A DNA stretch of 50,068 nucleotides, taken from assembly GCA_964434195.1 (NCBI GenBank), contig CAYSUI010000009.1:1-50068 (forward strand), given 5' to 3'. Under the pieces are notes generated by a model that was not told the origin of the DNA, did not search any database, and saw nothing but the letters and a program-made list of their open reading frames with translations. Shown one piece after another: positions 8,312-20,129 of the stretch. Numbering within the stretch: position 1 is the stretch's first letter; every line of letters begins with the position of its first letter. The position numbers and the translations under genes are program-made. Origin of the DNA: an uncultured Candidatus Saccharibacteria bacterium. GTDB taxonomy: Bacteria > Patescibacteriota > Doudnabacteria > UBA920.

Positions 8312-9232
8312 ATGCTAATAAAATATCGACGAATTATAAGGCTTTATATAACAGGATTCATAATGGGAACAGCAGATTTAGTACCTGGCGTTTCTGGAGG
8401 CACTGTTGCCTTTGTATCTGGAATATACGAGGAACTATTACAGGCAATTAAGACTGTGAGCGGTACTACTCTTTCATTACTCTTACACGGCAAACTAATT
8501 CAGGCATACAGAAGCGTCCCTTTTCGATTTCTTTTACCTCTGCTTACAGGATTATTTACTGCAATTTTCTCACTTGCTCAACTTTTCACATACTTACTCA
8601 GTAATTATGAACGACTTGTTTGGGCATTCTTCTTTGGCATGGTGGCAGCTTCTACTTACATAGTAGCTAAGCGTATTGTGAAATGGGACGTGCGAGATGT
8701 AGTAATTTTTCTTTTATCAGCACTATTTGCTTATTGGCTAGTTGGCGACCACTTAGTTAGCACACCTCATACTTTGCCGATGATTTTTGCTAGTGGTGCA
8801 ATTGCGATTTGTGCCATGATCCTGCCTGGTATTTCAGGTTCATTCATACTTGTACTTTTAGGTCAGTATGCTTATCTACTTTCTTCAGTAGTTGATAGAC
8901 GCTTCTCTGTGCTTATAGTGTTTTCCGCCGGTGCAGCAATCGGACTTTCATTATTTTCACGATTGTTATCCTGGTTATTTTCGAAACACCATGATATTAG
9001 CGTGGTACTACTTTCGGGGTTCATGCTTGGCTCACTTAGGAAGGTTTGGCCGTTTACGCATGGCGGACAGACCGATTTCCAACATATTGGCGTTTGGGTG
9101 TTAGCTATTGCAGGTGGAATAGTAGTAATTGCACTGGCTCGACTGGACGCACTCAGAGAACGATCTACCGATATTCAAGATAAAGAATTTCGCGATACCC
9201 ACAAAGAATCACTTAAACCAAAAAACAATTAG
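8312..9232 (+). CDS. DUF368 family membrane protein (family linked to undecaprenyl-phosphate recycling)
   Basis: GTADLVPGVSGGTVAFVSGIYEEL and a second PGISGSFIL repeat; polytopic. Confidence 0.8.
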   Translation: MLIKYRRIIRLYITGFIMGTADLVPGVSGGTVAFVSGIYEELLQAIKTVSGTTLSLLLHGKLIQAYRSVPFRFLLPLLTGLFTAIFSLAQLFTYLLSNYERLVWAFFFGMVAASTYIVAKRIVKWDVRDVVIFLLSALFAYWLVGDHLVSTPHTLPMIFASGAIAICAMILPGISGSFILVLLGQYAYLLSSVVDRRFSVLIVFSAGAAIGLSLFSRLLSWLFSKHHDISVVLLSGFMLGSLRKVWPFTHGGQTDFQHIGVWVLAIAGGIVVIALARLDALRERSTDIQDKEFRDTHKESLKPKNN

Positions 9233-9245
9233 CTAGCATTAATCT

Positions 9246-9281
9246 TCCCCCATGTCAATACGTAGTAGTCTTGACATGGGG
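9246..9281 (+). terminator. Hairpin after the DUF368 gene
   Basis: cccccatgtcaa-12 nt-ttgacatggggg; the downstream T run is weak. Confidence 0.5.
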
Positions 9282-9326
9282 GCTTTAAAATATGAAAATT
9301 TTAGGTAAATAAAATTAAAATTTATT

Positions 9327-9587
9327 TTGTCGAGTCAGGTGTTTTTTTTTGATAAATTTATGTTCAAAGCAATATTTAAATCGCATATTTTCGGTTATGG
9401 TTTTAAGGAAAGAATATCCGTAGTACTTATAACCTTAGGAGTAATAGGAATTGGATTCTTGGTAGGCCGTGTTTTGGATTCCTATTTTAATCAAAAAGCA
9501 ATATTTACCGTAACAGGCGTACTACTTTCATTCCCTTTTACCCAGTATGCAATTTATAAATACCTAAGCAAAATTACGAAGAAATAA
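9327..9587 (+). CDS. AtpZ/AtpI-like small membrane protein preceding the atp operon (true start may be ATG 9360)
   Basis: Two TM helices, VIGIGFLVGRVLDSYF...; stop lies 3 nt before atpB. Confidence 0.55.
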   Translation: MSSQVFFFDKFMFKAIFKSHIFGYGFKERISVVLITLGVIGIGFLVGRVLDSYFNQKAIFTVTGVLLSFPFTQYAIYKYLSKITKK

Positions 9588-9590
9588 TGT

Positions 9591-10421
9591 ATGAATATTT
9601 CTGTTGCACCAGAAGTATTGTTCCGTGTAGGTTCAATACCAATAACTAATACAAAGACTACGGCCGTATTTCTCACCTTCTTGTTTGTCATCTTCGGGTT
9701 ATATGCCCGGAGGACTTTTGGATTGGTACCAACCAGAATACAAACCCTATTAGAGGTGGCGATAAGTTTTGTATCTGAGCAACTGGATGGGGCTTTTAAC
9801 TCGAAAAGCAGAGCACGCCAGGTTTTCCCTCTTATCATGACGCTTTTGCTATTTATTTTCTTTTCTAATCAATTGTTAATAATACCTGTGTTAGGGCAAA
9901 TTGTTTTAGGAGAGACACCTATATTTAGAACACTAACTTCGGATATTTCTGAGGCCATAGCATTGGCTGTTATTGTGCTGGTGTTCACTCACATTATCGC
10001 ATTTAGCATTTCCCCGCTCACTCACATTGGTAATTTCCTTAAATTTGGAGAGCTTTTAAAAATTAGAAAAATTTCAGACGTTGGCAATGCGGTAATGGAA
10101 ATAGCTCTAGGATTTATGGATATTATAGGTGAGGTGGCAAAATTATTTTCGCTTTCTTTCAGACTATTTGGGAATGTATTCGCTGGCGAACTAGTAATAC
10201 TTGTCATAGCCAGTCTGACTTTCGCCACTAAGTTTTTTGTGCCAATTCCGTTCATGGTGCTATCTATTTTTTCCGGATTGGTTCAAGCCTTAGTCTTTAC
10301 AATGCTTTCTATTCAGTTTATGGCTGGGACAATAAATTCTGCGGGAGACGCAGACGAGCAAGATCTGACCCCACTCCCCTCACAAAAACTTGAACCAGTT
10401 AGAGTAAGAATAGATAAGTAA
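9591..10421 (+). CDS. atpB: F0F1 ATP synthase subunit a
   Basis: LSFRLFGNVFAGE motif with the essential Arg; polytopic. Confidence 0.95.
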   Translation: MNISVAPEVLFRVGSIPITNTKTTAVFLTFLFVIFGLYARRTFGLVPTRIQTLLEVAISFVSEQLDGAFNSKSRARQVFPLIMTLLLFIFFSNQLLIIPVLGQIVLGETPIFRTLTSDISEAIALAVIVLVFTHIIAFSISPLTHIGNFLKFGELLKIRKISDVGNAVMEIALGFMDIIGEVAKLFSLSFRLFGNVFAGELVILVIASLTFATKFFVPIPFMVLSIFSGLVQALVFTMLSIQFMAGTINSAGDADEQDLTPLPSQKLEPVRVRIDK

Positions 10422-10479
10422 TTTTAAAAAAGTAAATTAATTAACATGAGCATAATTTGCTCGTAAGAAAGGGATATAA

Positions 10480-10710
10480 ATGACAGAAATTGGAATGAAA
10501 GCATTAGCCGCCGCTATATGTATGGGCCTGGGCTCAATTGGGCCAGCTATCGGCGAAGGTTGGGTAGCTTCTAAAGCTATGGAGGCGATGGGCAGAAACC
10601 CCAAAACAGCAGACATTATTACGCCAAAAATGATTGTCGCAATGGCGATCTGCGAATCGACCGGTATATACTCTCTGGTTATTTCACTAATTATTCTCTT
10701 CGTTATATAA
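10480..10710 (+). CDS. atpE: F0F1 ATP synthase subunit c
   Basis: 76-aa hairpin protein, GLGSIGPAIGEG loop region and carboxylate in helix 2 (AICEST). Confidence 0.95.
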   Translation: MTEIGMKALAAAICMGLGSIGPAIGEGWVASKAMEAMGRNPKTADIITPKMIVAMAICESTGIYSLVISLIILFVI

Positions 10711-10713
10711 CCT

Positions 10714-11217
10714 ATGCAGGGATTATCCAAAATTGGCATAGATTTAGGCAGTCTATTATTCTATATCCTGAATTTTGGGGTAATTGTTTTAGTGTTAGCC
10801 AAATTTGTATACAAACCCGCCCTAAAATTCTTAGACGAACGAAGAGAAGCTATAAAAAATAACCTTGCTGAATCTGAATACTTGCGCGCTGAGTTCACCA
10901 AGCAAATTGAGGAACAGAAGAGTACCCATGAAAACTATACAAACAAACTTAAGTTAGAAATGGATAAGATGCGTACTGAAGCTGAGGCAAAGAATAAGCA
11001 GTTCTTAGTCGAGGCAGAGGCAGAACGAGACAGAATGATAGCTGAGGCAAAAAAACAAAGCGAAGCACTTAAATCGGAGTTGGAAAATAGGGTCGAAAAA
11101 GAATTACTCGAGAGAGTTAACACCATTGTGAATGAGGCAGTAAAAAAGAAACTGAGCGGTGAGGATGCAAGAAGCTATATATTAAAAGCTTGGAAAGAAA
11201 TGAGGGCGAAAAACTAA
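10714..11217 (+). CDS. atpF: F0F1 ATP synthase subunit b
   Basis: N-terminal TM helix then a long charged helix; position in operon. Confidence 0.9.
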   Translation: MQGLSKIGIDLGSLLFYILNFGVIVLVLAKFVYKPALKFLDERREAIKNNLAESEYLRAEFTKQIEEQKSTHENYTNKLKLEMDKMRTEAEAKNKQFLVEAEAERDRMIAEAKKQSEALKSELENRVEKELLERVNTIVNEAVKKKLSGEDARSYILKAWKEMRAKN

Positions 11218-11219
11218 CT

Positions 11220-12731
11220 ATGACTAAACAACCATTTAACAAACTAACGGGGGCGCTTGATAAAGCGGTAGACTCCATTAAGAAAGGTGAAAAACACCTA
11301 GCTTCGGGACGAGTGGTCTGGGCTAAGGATGGAGTTATATATATTGAGAACCTTCCTGGCGTTACTATAGATGAACTTGTAGAAGTGGTAGATGCGGGCT
11401 GCACGGCAATTGTATTACAAATAGTGGGCGAAACAGCCTATGCCGCCTTGCTTGAAAACAACTCTAGAGTTAAGTCGGGTAGCCAGGTAAGTCGATTAGG
11501 ATTCCAGGCGTCATTCGAAGTGAGCGACGATATTTTGGGAAGGGTTATAAACCCGCTTGGAGAAGCAGAAGATGGACTAGCTGCTATAAAAAACGGCAAA
11601 AGATACTTACTCGAACGCCCAGCACCTTCCGTTATGGAACGTGAGCCAGTATCCGTGCCTTTGCAAACTGGAATTTTGGCAATTGACGCACTAATTCCAA
11701 TTGGACGCGGACAACGAGAGCTTATTATTGGCGACCGCCAAACAGGCAAAACTACCATTGCTGTAGATACCATACTCAACCAAAAAGACCAGGACATAAT
11801 ATGTGTCTATGTGAGCATAGGCCAGCGCGATGGTAAAACTGCTCAAGTAATTAGACAGCTGAAAGAAGGCGGGGCGATGAAGTATACAGTAGTGGTAACA
11901 GCGGCAGCTGCAGCTCCCGCAGCCGTACAGTACTTAGCACCATATGCCGGAAGTGCTGTTGCTGAATACTTTATGGACCAGGGTAAGGATGTACTTATTG
12001 TTTACGACGACTTAACCAAACATGCAGTAAGTTACCGCGAACTTTCGTTGCTGCTTAGAAAACCACCAGGACGTGAAGCCTACCCGGGAGATGTATTTTA
12101 TATTCACTCACGACTACTCGAGAGAGCGGCGCGAAGAAGCCAGGAATTTGGGGGCGGGTCAATAACTGCTTTACCAATTATCGAGACCCAAGCGGCTGAT
12201 GTTTCTGCTTATATACCAACTAATGTTATTTCGATAACCGATGGGCAGATTTTCTTAGAACCGAAGCTATTCAATAAAGGTATTCGTCCGGCAGTTAATG
12301 TTGGTATTTCGGTTTCGCGTGTAGGTGGCGCAGCACAAACCAAACTCATGAAGAAAGTAGCTGGCCCAGCCAAACTTACCCTAGCTCAATACGAGGAGTT
12401 AGCTGCGTTTGCGCAGTTTGCAAGCGAACTTGATGAATCTTCCAAACAACAACTTCTGCGTGGTGAGAGGCTTACGGAAACCCTTAAACAGGGTGCGGGC
12501 AAACCCTGGAAGCTATGGCAGCAAATTCTTATTCTCCAGTCCGCTATGGACGGCAGGTTTGATGGATTTGAAACTCAGAAAATTCAGAGCATAATTACCG
12601 ATTTACTTACACAAGCAGAAAGCAAGCTTAAAGAAGTAATACCTTTACTGAACATTGGGAAAGAACTTTCGAAAGAATCGGATAACAAACTCAGGAATTT
12701 TACAGATGGTTTTTTTAAACAAATTAGTTAA
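11220..12731 (+). CDS. atpA: F0F1 ATP synthase subunit alpha
   Basis: Walker A GDRQTGKT; ATG 11220 lies 2 nt after the atpF stop and is preferred over the overlapping 11190 start. Confidence 0.95.
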   Translation: MTKQPFNKLTGALDKAVDSIKKGEKHLASGRVVWAKDGVIYIENLPGVTIDELVEVVDAGCTAIVLQIVGETAYAALLENNSRVKSGSQVSRLGFQASFEVSDDILGRVINPLGEAEDGLAAIKNGKRYLLERPAPSVMEREPVSVPLQTGILAIDALIPIGRGQRELIIGDRQTGKTTIAVDTILNQKDQDIICVYVSIGQRDGKTAQVIRQLKEGGAMKYTVVVTAAAAAPAAVQYLAPYAGSAVAEYFMDQGKDVLIVYDDLTKHAVSYRELSLLLRKPPGREAYPGDVFYIHSRLLERAARRSQEFGGGSITALPIIETQAADVSAYIPTNVISITDGQIFLEPKLFNKGIRPAVNVGISVSRVGGAAQTKLMKKVAGPAKLTLAQYEELAAFAQFASELDESSKQQLLRGERLTETLKQGAGKPWKLWQQILILQSAMDGRFDGFETQKIQSIITDLLTQAESKLKEVIPLLNIGKELSKESDNKLRNFTDGFFKQIS

Positions 12732-12736
12732 CACCT

Positions 12737-15436
<2,700 letters not shown>

Positions 15437-15438
<2 letters not shown>

Positions 15439-15471
15439 AAAGAAGCGCCTGTGTTAAGCAGGCGCTTTTTG
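15437..15471. terminator. Bidirectional terminator between atpC and the convergent antiporter gene
   Basis: aagcgcctg-tgttaag-caggcgctt with flanking A and T runs; the antiporter stop codon lies in the loop. Confidence 0.8.
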
Positions 15472-16773
15472 CATTTCTAAACTTACCTGTCTCTTAAGCA
15501 CTCGACCCAGAAGCAGGGGCGTAATAAGAGTGGAGACTAGAATAGTCCCCATGACCATGGAAAATATTTCCGGGGTCATAACACCCACCTGCTGACCAAT
15601 GGCAGCAAAGATTAGTCCGACTTCGCCGCGGGGAATCATACTAATTCCCACCGCGAGCCGTTCGCCTTTTACTGCTGCTAGCCCAGCAACCACCTTGCCC
15701 GCACATGCGAGGACTGAGCAAATCAGAATCGCGAATAGCGATTCTTTTTTAAACAAAACCCACATGTCGAGTTTCATGCCACTCGTCACAAAGAATACAG
15801 GCGTAGCAATGGCAATGAAGCTCATGAGAATTTCTTCTACATGCTTTTCGACCATTGTTTTTTTGAGTTCCGCTAATTTTCCATCCAACTCAACCCTTTT
15901 TTCTGTTAAGACTTGCTGAAGCTCTTCGGTGAAGCGAGGCACTGCGAAGTCTTTGAAGGCAACTTCGGTGAGGAACAACCCTGCACAATAAGCACCTACG
16001 AACTCAGCAAGCCCCACCTTGGAAGCGAGCGCGGCCAGACTAAAGCCGATACCCAGAGCGAAGGCAATTTTCATATTCTCGCCGCTGGAAATTTTGGCAA
16101 ATAGCCGACCCACGGGTACGTGGAGCCTCATACCAACTACGATCGAGCCGACCACGAACCCGATGGATACCAGCATAATCCACATAGCGCCAGTGACCGT
16201 AAGTGACTCTCCAGAAGTGCCGATTGCCGCTGCCTGTACTACAGCCAAAATGAGCAGTCCCAGAATATCGTCTATTACCGCGGCGCCGGTGACTGTTCTT
16301 CCTAGCCGAGAATTGGCTTTACCAAAACTGGAAAGAATATCAACGGGAATACTGACTGATGTCGCCGTAAGCGCGGCTCCAATAAACACATGAGCAAGCT
16401 TTGAGGCGCCCGGGAATAGCCACGGGCCGATGACGTAGGCACCAAAGACAAAAGGTACCACCACGCCAATAACGGCAATTACGAGACTCCGCACCCCAAC
16501 TTTCAGCATTTCATGCGGATTGGTTTCGAGACCAATTTTGAACATCAGCAGGTTAATGCCGATGTTGGCGATAACACTTACCGCATGTTCATCTAGTACC
16601 ATGGATGAACCAGAAAAGAATCCAGCCACAAGAGTACCAAAGAGAATTTGGCCGAACACGGGAGCTAGACCGATACGCTTACACAACTCCCCCGCTGCGA
16701 TTGCTGCCACAATAATCCCGACGGCCAGTAAAGATATTCCGTACACGCCGCTTGCCGACAACAATATAACCAT
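15454..16773 (-). CDS. Cation:proton antiporter (CPA2 / Na+/H+ exchanger family)
   Basis: 439-aa polytopic protein with typical Kef/NapA-like helices; G+C visibly above the flanks (many antisense ORFs in the track). Confidence 0.8.
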   Translation of the reverse strand: MVILLSASGVYGISLLAVGIIVAAIAAGELCKRIGLAPVFGQILFGTLVAGFFSGSSMVLDEHAVSVIANIGINLLMFKIGLETNPHEMLKVGVRSLVIAVIGVVVPFVFGAYVIGPWLFPGASKLAHVFIGAALTATSVSIPVDILSSFGKANSRLGRTVTGAAVIDDILGLLILAVVQAAAIGTSGESLTVTGAMWIMLVSIGFVVGSIVVGMRLHVPVGRLFAKISSGENMKIAFALGIGFSLAALASKVGLAEFVGAYCAGLFLTEVAFKDFAVPRFTEELQQVLTEKRVELDGKLAELKKTMVEKHVEEILMSFIAIATPVFFVTSGMKLDMWVLFKKESLFAILICSVLACAGKVVAGLAAVKGERLAVGISMIPRGEVGLIFAAIGQQVGVMTPEIFSMVMGTILVSTLITPLLLGRVLKRQVSLEMQKAPA

Positions 16774-16926
16774 AATATTCCTCCTGAATGGAAATTTGTG
16801 TTAAAAAAATCAGCGATTTGCTGAATTTTTACCAATAACTATTACATATAATGGTGTTTTTGGCAACTGCACGAAACAGTTATTTCATACCATTACTACT
16901 CAGGATTTTAATTGCGGATTATCTGT

Positions 16927-17493
16927 TCAGATTATTTGCTTTAGCAAATCTGAGATGCCGATTTTTTCTTTAGCGGAAAAAGGAATAACTGGGAATGGAT
17001 GAACAACCGTTTCTATTTCGTCTAAGTGTTTTTTTAGGTGTCCTTTTTTTATTTTATCAATCTTATTAGCGACAATAATTATATTCTTTTGAGTTTCATC
17101 CAGGATGCCGAGAATTTGGTCATCTGAATCTGTTACGCCTATTTCTGCGTCGACTATTAAAATGATAGCTTTTTGTTCAACACCGGAGTCGAGCAAATAC
17201 CATTCTATAAGTGCCTTAAGCGCCTCGCGCTCATCCTTTGAACCCTTGGCAAAACCGTAGCCTGGCAGGTCTACCAAATAGAAACTCTTATTTACTAAGA
17301 AAAAATTTATTTGCCTGGTGTGTCCTGGTGTTGGACTGGATCTGGCGAGCTCCTTCTTTCCGGTGAGTGTATTTATCAGGCTAGATTTTCCTACATTTGA
17401 ACGACCCATAAAGGCTACTTGAGGTAACCCATCGGTTAATATAGGATCTTCCCCCACCACACCTTTTACAAACTCTGCTGATTTTATATTCAT
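16927..17493 (-). CDS. engB: Ribosome biogenesis GTPase YsxC/EngB
   Basis: G1 GRSNVGKSS, G3 DLPGYG, G4 NKIDK. Confidence 0.9.
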   Translation of the reverse strand: MNIKSAEFVKGVVGEDPILTDGLPQVAFMGRSNVGKSSLINTLTGKKELARSSPTPGHTRQINFFLVNKSFYLVDLPGYGFAKGSKDEREALKALIEWYLLDSGVEQKAIILIVDAEIGVTDSDDQILGILDETQKNIIIVANKIDKIKKGHLKKHLDEIETVVHPFPVIPFSAKEKIGISDLLKQII

Positions 17494-17563
17494 GGGGGTA
17501 TATTAGCAGAAATGCTAAAATCCTGTTTTGCTATAAATAAAAAAAGACGAGAATAGATCTCGT

Positions 17564-18166
17564 TTAATTGTATAGTTTTCTTGTACTCAAAAACCTAATG
17601 AGTGCTAAAATATTCTGAAAAACGAACTTAACTCGCGTAAGGAATGGTGTCCACCAGATGAATGCTGGTTGATCATTACTCTGCAAGGCGAGATTGGTCT
17701 CGTCTAATGTTAAGAACCTGGGTTCAAAACCAGAGCGAATTGGTAAGAAAGCCTGACCGCCAACATCGAATAAGGTTGGGTCAATACGATGGTATTCACC
17801 TATACTTCTAGCGATTACCATGTAGTCTCGACTCTCGTCCAGATACTCTTCCGGGGTAATAACCGTCCCATCGTCTAACCTGACAATCTCCTGCTGTGAA
17901 AATGCATAAAGACACAGACTAAACTTCTCGGGGTAACGCTGCAAGAGGAAATTGCAATGCACAATATTCCCTACAGCGAAAACCTTCTTGATGGTCTTAC
18001 CTAGGTCTGGTGGAAATCTAGATTCGGTCAAACTTTTTTCTCTGAGATATAGCACAAGCTTGTGTCCCCCATTTGAAAGAAGACTAAAGCTTAGTATCCC
18101 ATCTCCAGAATCTTCTACTTCGACGACTACATATTCGTCAAAATCCATTTTAACCTCCAGTAACAT
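17564..18166 (-). CDS. Hypothetical protein (start may be the internal MDFDEY)
   Basis: 200-aa ORF, no recognised motif. Confidence 0.5.
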   Translation of the reverse strand: MLLEVKMDFDEYVVVEVEDSGDGILSFSLLSNGGHKLVLYLREKSLTESRFPPDLGKTIKKVFAVGNIVHCNFLLQRYPEKFSLCLYAFSQQEIVRLDDGTVITPEEYLDESRDYMVIARSIGEYHRIDPTLFDVGGQAFLPIRSGFEPRFLTLDETNLALQSNDQPAFIWWTPFLTRVKFVFQNILALIRFLSTRKLYN

Positions 18167-18329
18167 TTAACTTAAAAGTAGGACAAAATCGAACAATAAC
18201 ACAAACCTGGAGGATTATCAAGTTAAAAAAATCGCCTTACTTTAGAAGAATAGAGCTAATAAATATAGCGATTTTGGTTAGAAAGTCAGCCTAATTGTGA
18301 ATAAAAAAAACCACAGATTTCTGTGATGT

Positions 18330-18803
18330 TTAGGCTGGAACAGTTGTTTCCGAACCGCAAAGTTCCCAGGTGCTGGCGATATGTTTTTCTGTGAGCTCTT
18401 TTTCGATTTTGGCGATTAACGCTTCGTCTAGCACGACGTAATCGTCGAGTTTCCCACCGTTGAAACCCAGCATACCTGCTAAGAACTTATCTTCGTCTTT
18501 TGTAGATGTTAGTAGTGTTTCTACGGTTGCGCGCGCGAGCCGTAAGATTTCGACGGCGCGTTTTACCGCGTCTTCGGCTGACACAATGCCAGAGGCAGCG
18601 GACTGCTGGAAATCTACCGAGATTAGAGGTTTAAAATTGTGACCCTCTCCCCTTGTAATGAGAATACTGAAAGCTTCGGGGCCGAACTTTTTTTCTTTAC
18701 CCTCCCAAGAACTTCCAATAAAAATTTGAAGATCGTCGTAGTTATTAAGAATCTCCAAAGCGGTTTGAAGACTCATGGCCAATACTGGTGCGGATTCACC
18801 CAT
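18330..18803 (-). CDS. Hypothetical protein (157 aa)
   Basis: ORF with GAGAGGAAG upstream; no recognised motif. Confidence 0.5.
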   Translation of the reverse strand: MGESAPVLAMSLQTALEILNNYDDLQIFIGSSWEGKEKKFGPEAFSILITRGEGHNFKPLISVDFQQSAASGIVSAEDAVKRAVEILRLARATVETLLTSTKDEDKFLAGMLGFNGGKLDDYVVLDEALIAKIEKELTEKHIASTWELCGSETTVPA

Positions 18804-18896
18804 AACTTCCTCTCTTGAAATTAATTAAGCAGTAAGGGTGGATTATACATGAAGGCTTAGTAATTTTCAACCGGCGTTGTGGGGAATTGTATTTTG

Positions 18897-19091
18897 TTAT
18901 ATTAAACCTAAAAATTTAAAACTAACTAACATTGTGGAGAATACAAGCACGGCTGCGATGAGTATCCATTTTAAATAATAGTTGTAGTAAATTTTAGACC
19001 TAGACTTTATTAACTCCGGGTCTGGATTTGTGAGTTTGCTGTACATCTCGTCCATCTTTTTGTCTATATATTCTTTTTCTTCTTGGTCCAT
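18897..19091 (-). CDS. Small membrane protein (64 aa)
   Basis: C-terminal TM helix WILIAAVLVFSTMLVSFKFLGLI. Confidence 0.45.
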   Translation of the reverse strand: MDQEEKEYIDKKMDEMYSKLTNPDPELIKSRSKIYYNYYLKWILIAAVLVFSTMLVSFKFLGLI

Positions 19092-19184
19092 AAGTAATTT
19101 GATAAGTAATTAATCTCAACTACATTATTCTAGCATTTACAGTTTTAGTTTTCATAAGAATGGATCTCCCTTTTGTTAGTTTAA

Positions 19185-19424
19185 CTACTTAGAGAGAGTT
19201 TCTAATATAGTCATGGCAGGGTCCAGGTTTTTGGAATGGGTTTTTGGGAAAAGATCTGTGCATTTTTCTTCGACCCATTTTATAGAGTCTTTGAAGAGTT
19301 CTTTACCGGACTTGGTCATGGTGGTGTAGCTTATGCGAGCATCTCTTTCGTGAGACTCGCGATTTATTACGCCTATTTTTCTAAAGGTATACCAAATAAT
19401 TACTTCCCTACTTCGAGTTTGTCC
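19185..19424 (-). pseudogene. Remnant of a MarR-family regulator (C-terminal half only, no start codon)
   Basis: The minus frame reads ...FRKIGVINRESHERDARISYTTMTKSGKELFKDSIKWVEE..., matching the MarR wing and dimerisation helix. TAA lies immediately upstream, and there is no ATG/GTG/TTG before TTMTK. Confidence 0.5.
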
Positions 19425-19491
19425 TTAAATGCTTTTATATCTTATTTTTAGGGTATAGAATATATGTGGTAGAGAATTAAAAAATAAAAAT

Positions 19492-20052
19492 ATGCCAAAC
19501 AAAGAAGAGGTTACTTTAATTCCGGAACCTAAGTTATCTAAAATATTATTTGCCGATACCAGACTTTCGTGGCTTTGGCTTATAGTCAGGGTCTATGTGG
19601 GGTGGAGCTGGCTTGAAGCCGGTTGGAGTAAGTTTAATAACCCGGCATGGATTGGTGAAAAAGCAGGATCAGCAATTCATGGCTTCTTCCTAGGTGCTAT
19701 AGCCAAGTCAAGTGGCGAACACCCTGCTGTACAAGGGTGGTATGCGTCTTTTCTTGGTTTCGCGGACACATACAACATCTTTTTTTCTTATCTCATAACT
19801 TATGGCGAAATTTTAGTAGGTGTTGCACTTATTCTTGGTATATTTACCGGAATTGCTGCGTTCTTTGGAGCTACCATGAATTGGAACTTCTTACTGGCTG
19901 GCACAACTAGCATTAACCCTATACTTCTTTTTCTAGAATTATTCTTAATACTTGCTTGGAGAACCTCGGGATGGTGGGGTCTCGATAGATATGCTCTTCC
20001 GCTATTAGGAGTCCCATGGCAAAAAGGTAAACTATTTACCAAGGAGTCTTAA
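19492..20052 (+). CDS. DoxX/DoxD-like membrane protein
   Basis: Four TM helices, RVYVGWSWLEAGWSKF and YGEILVGVALILGIFTGIAAF pattern. Confidence 0.6.
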   Translation: MPNKEEVTLIPEPKLSKILFADTRLSWLWLIVRVYVGWSWLEAGWSKFNNPAWIGEKAGSAIHGFFLGAIAKSSGEHPAVQGWYASFLGFADTYNIFFSYLITYGEILVGVALILGIFTGIAAFFGATMNWNFLLAGTTSINPILLFLELFLILAWRTSGWWGLDRYALPLLGVPWQKGKLFTKES

Positions 20053-20057
20053 AAACT

Positions 20058-20086
20058 AACCGCCGAACTTTCGGCGGTTTCTTTGT
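20058..20086 (+). terminator. Intrinsic terminator
   Basis: aaccgccga-actt-tcggcggtt then tctttg. Confidence 0.75.
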
Positions 20087-20129
20087 AGTTATTGGTATAA
20101 TAGAGTTATCAATAGATACAAATAGATAA

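Noticed and set aside
10714-11217. atpF-atpH fusion as an explanation for the missing delta subunit
   Set aside because: The protein is only 167 aa (one TM helix plus one long charged helix). That is normal b-subunit size with no room for an OSCP domain.
15599-16804. Antisense ORFs inside the antiporter gene, and similar ones inside the atp genes, RND permease, MFP and P-type ATPase
   Set aside because: They lie entirely within well-supported conserved genes on the opposite strand and have low-complexity translations.
19236-19451. Plus-strand ORF 19236..19451 (71 aa)
   Set aside because: The opposite strand shows clear MarR-like sequence. The plus-strand ORF has no SD and is most likely a shadow of that remnant.
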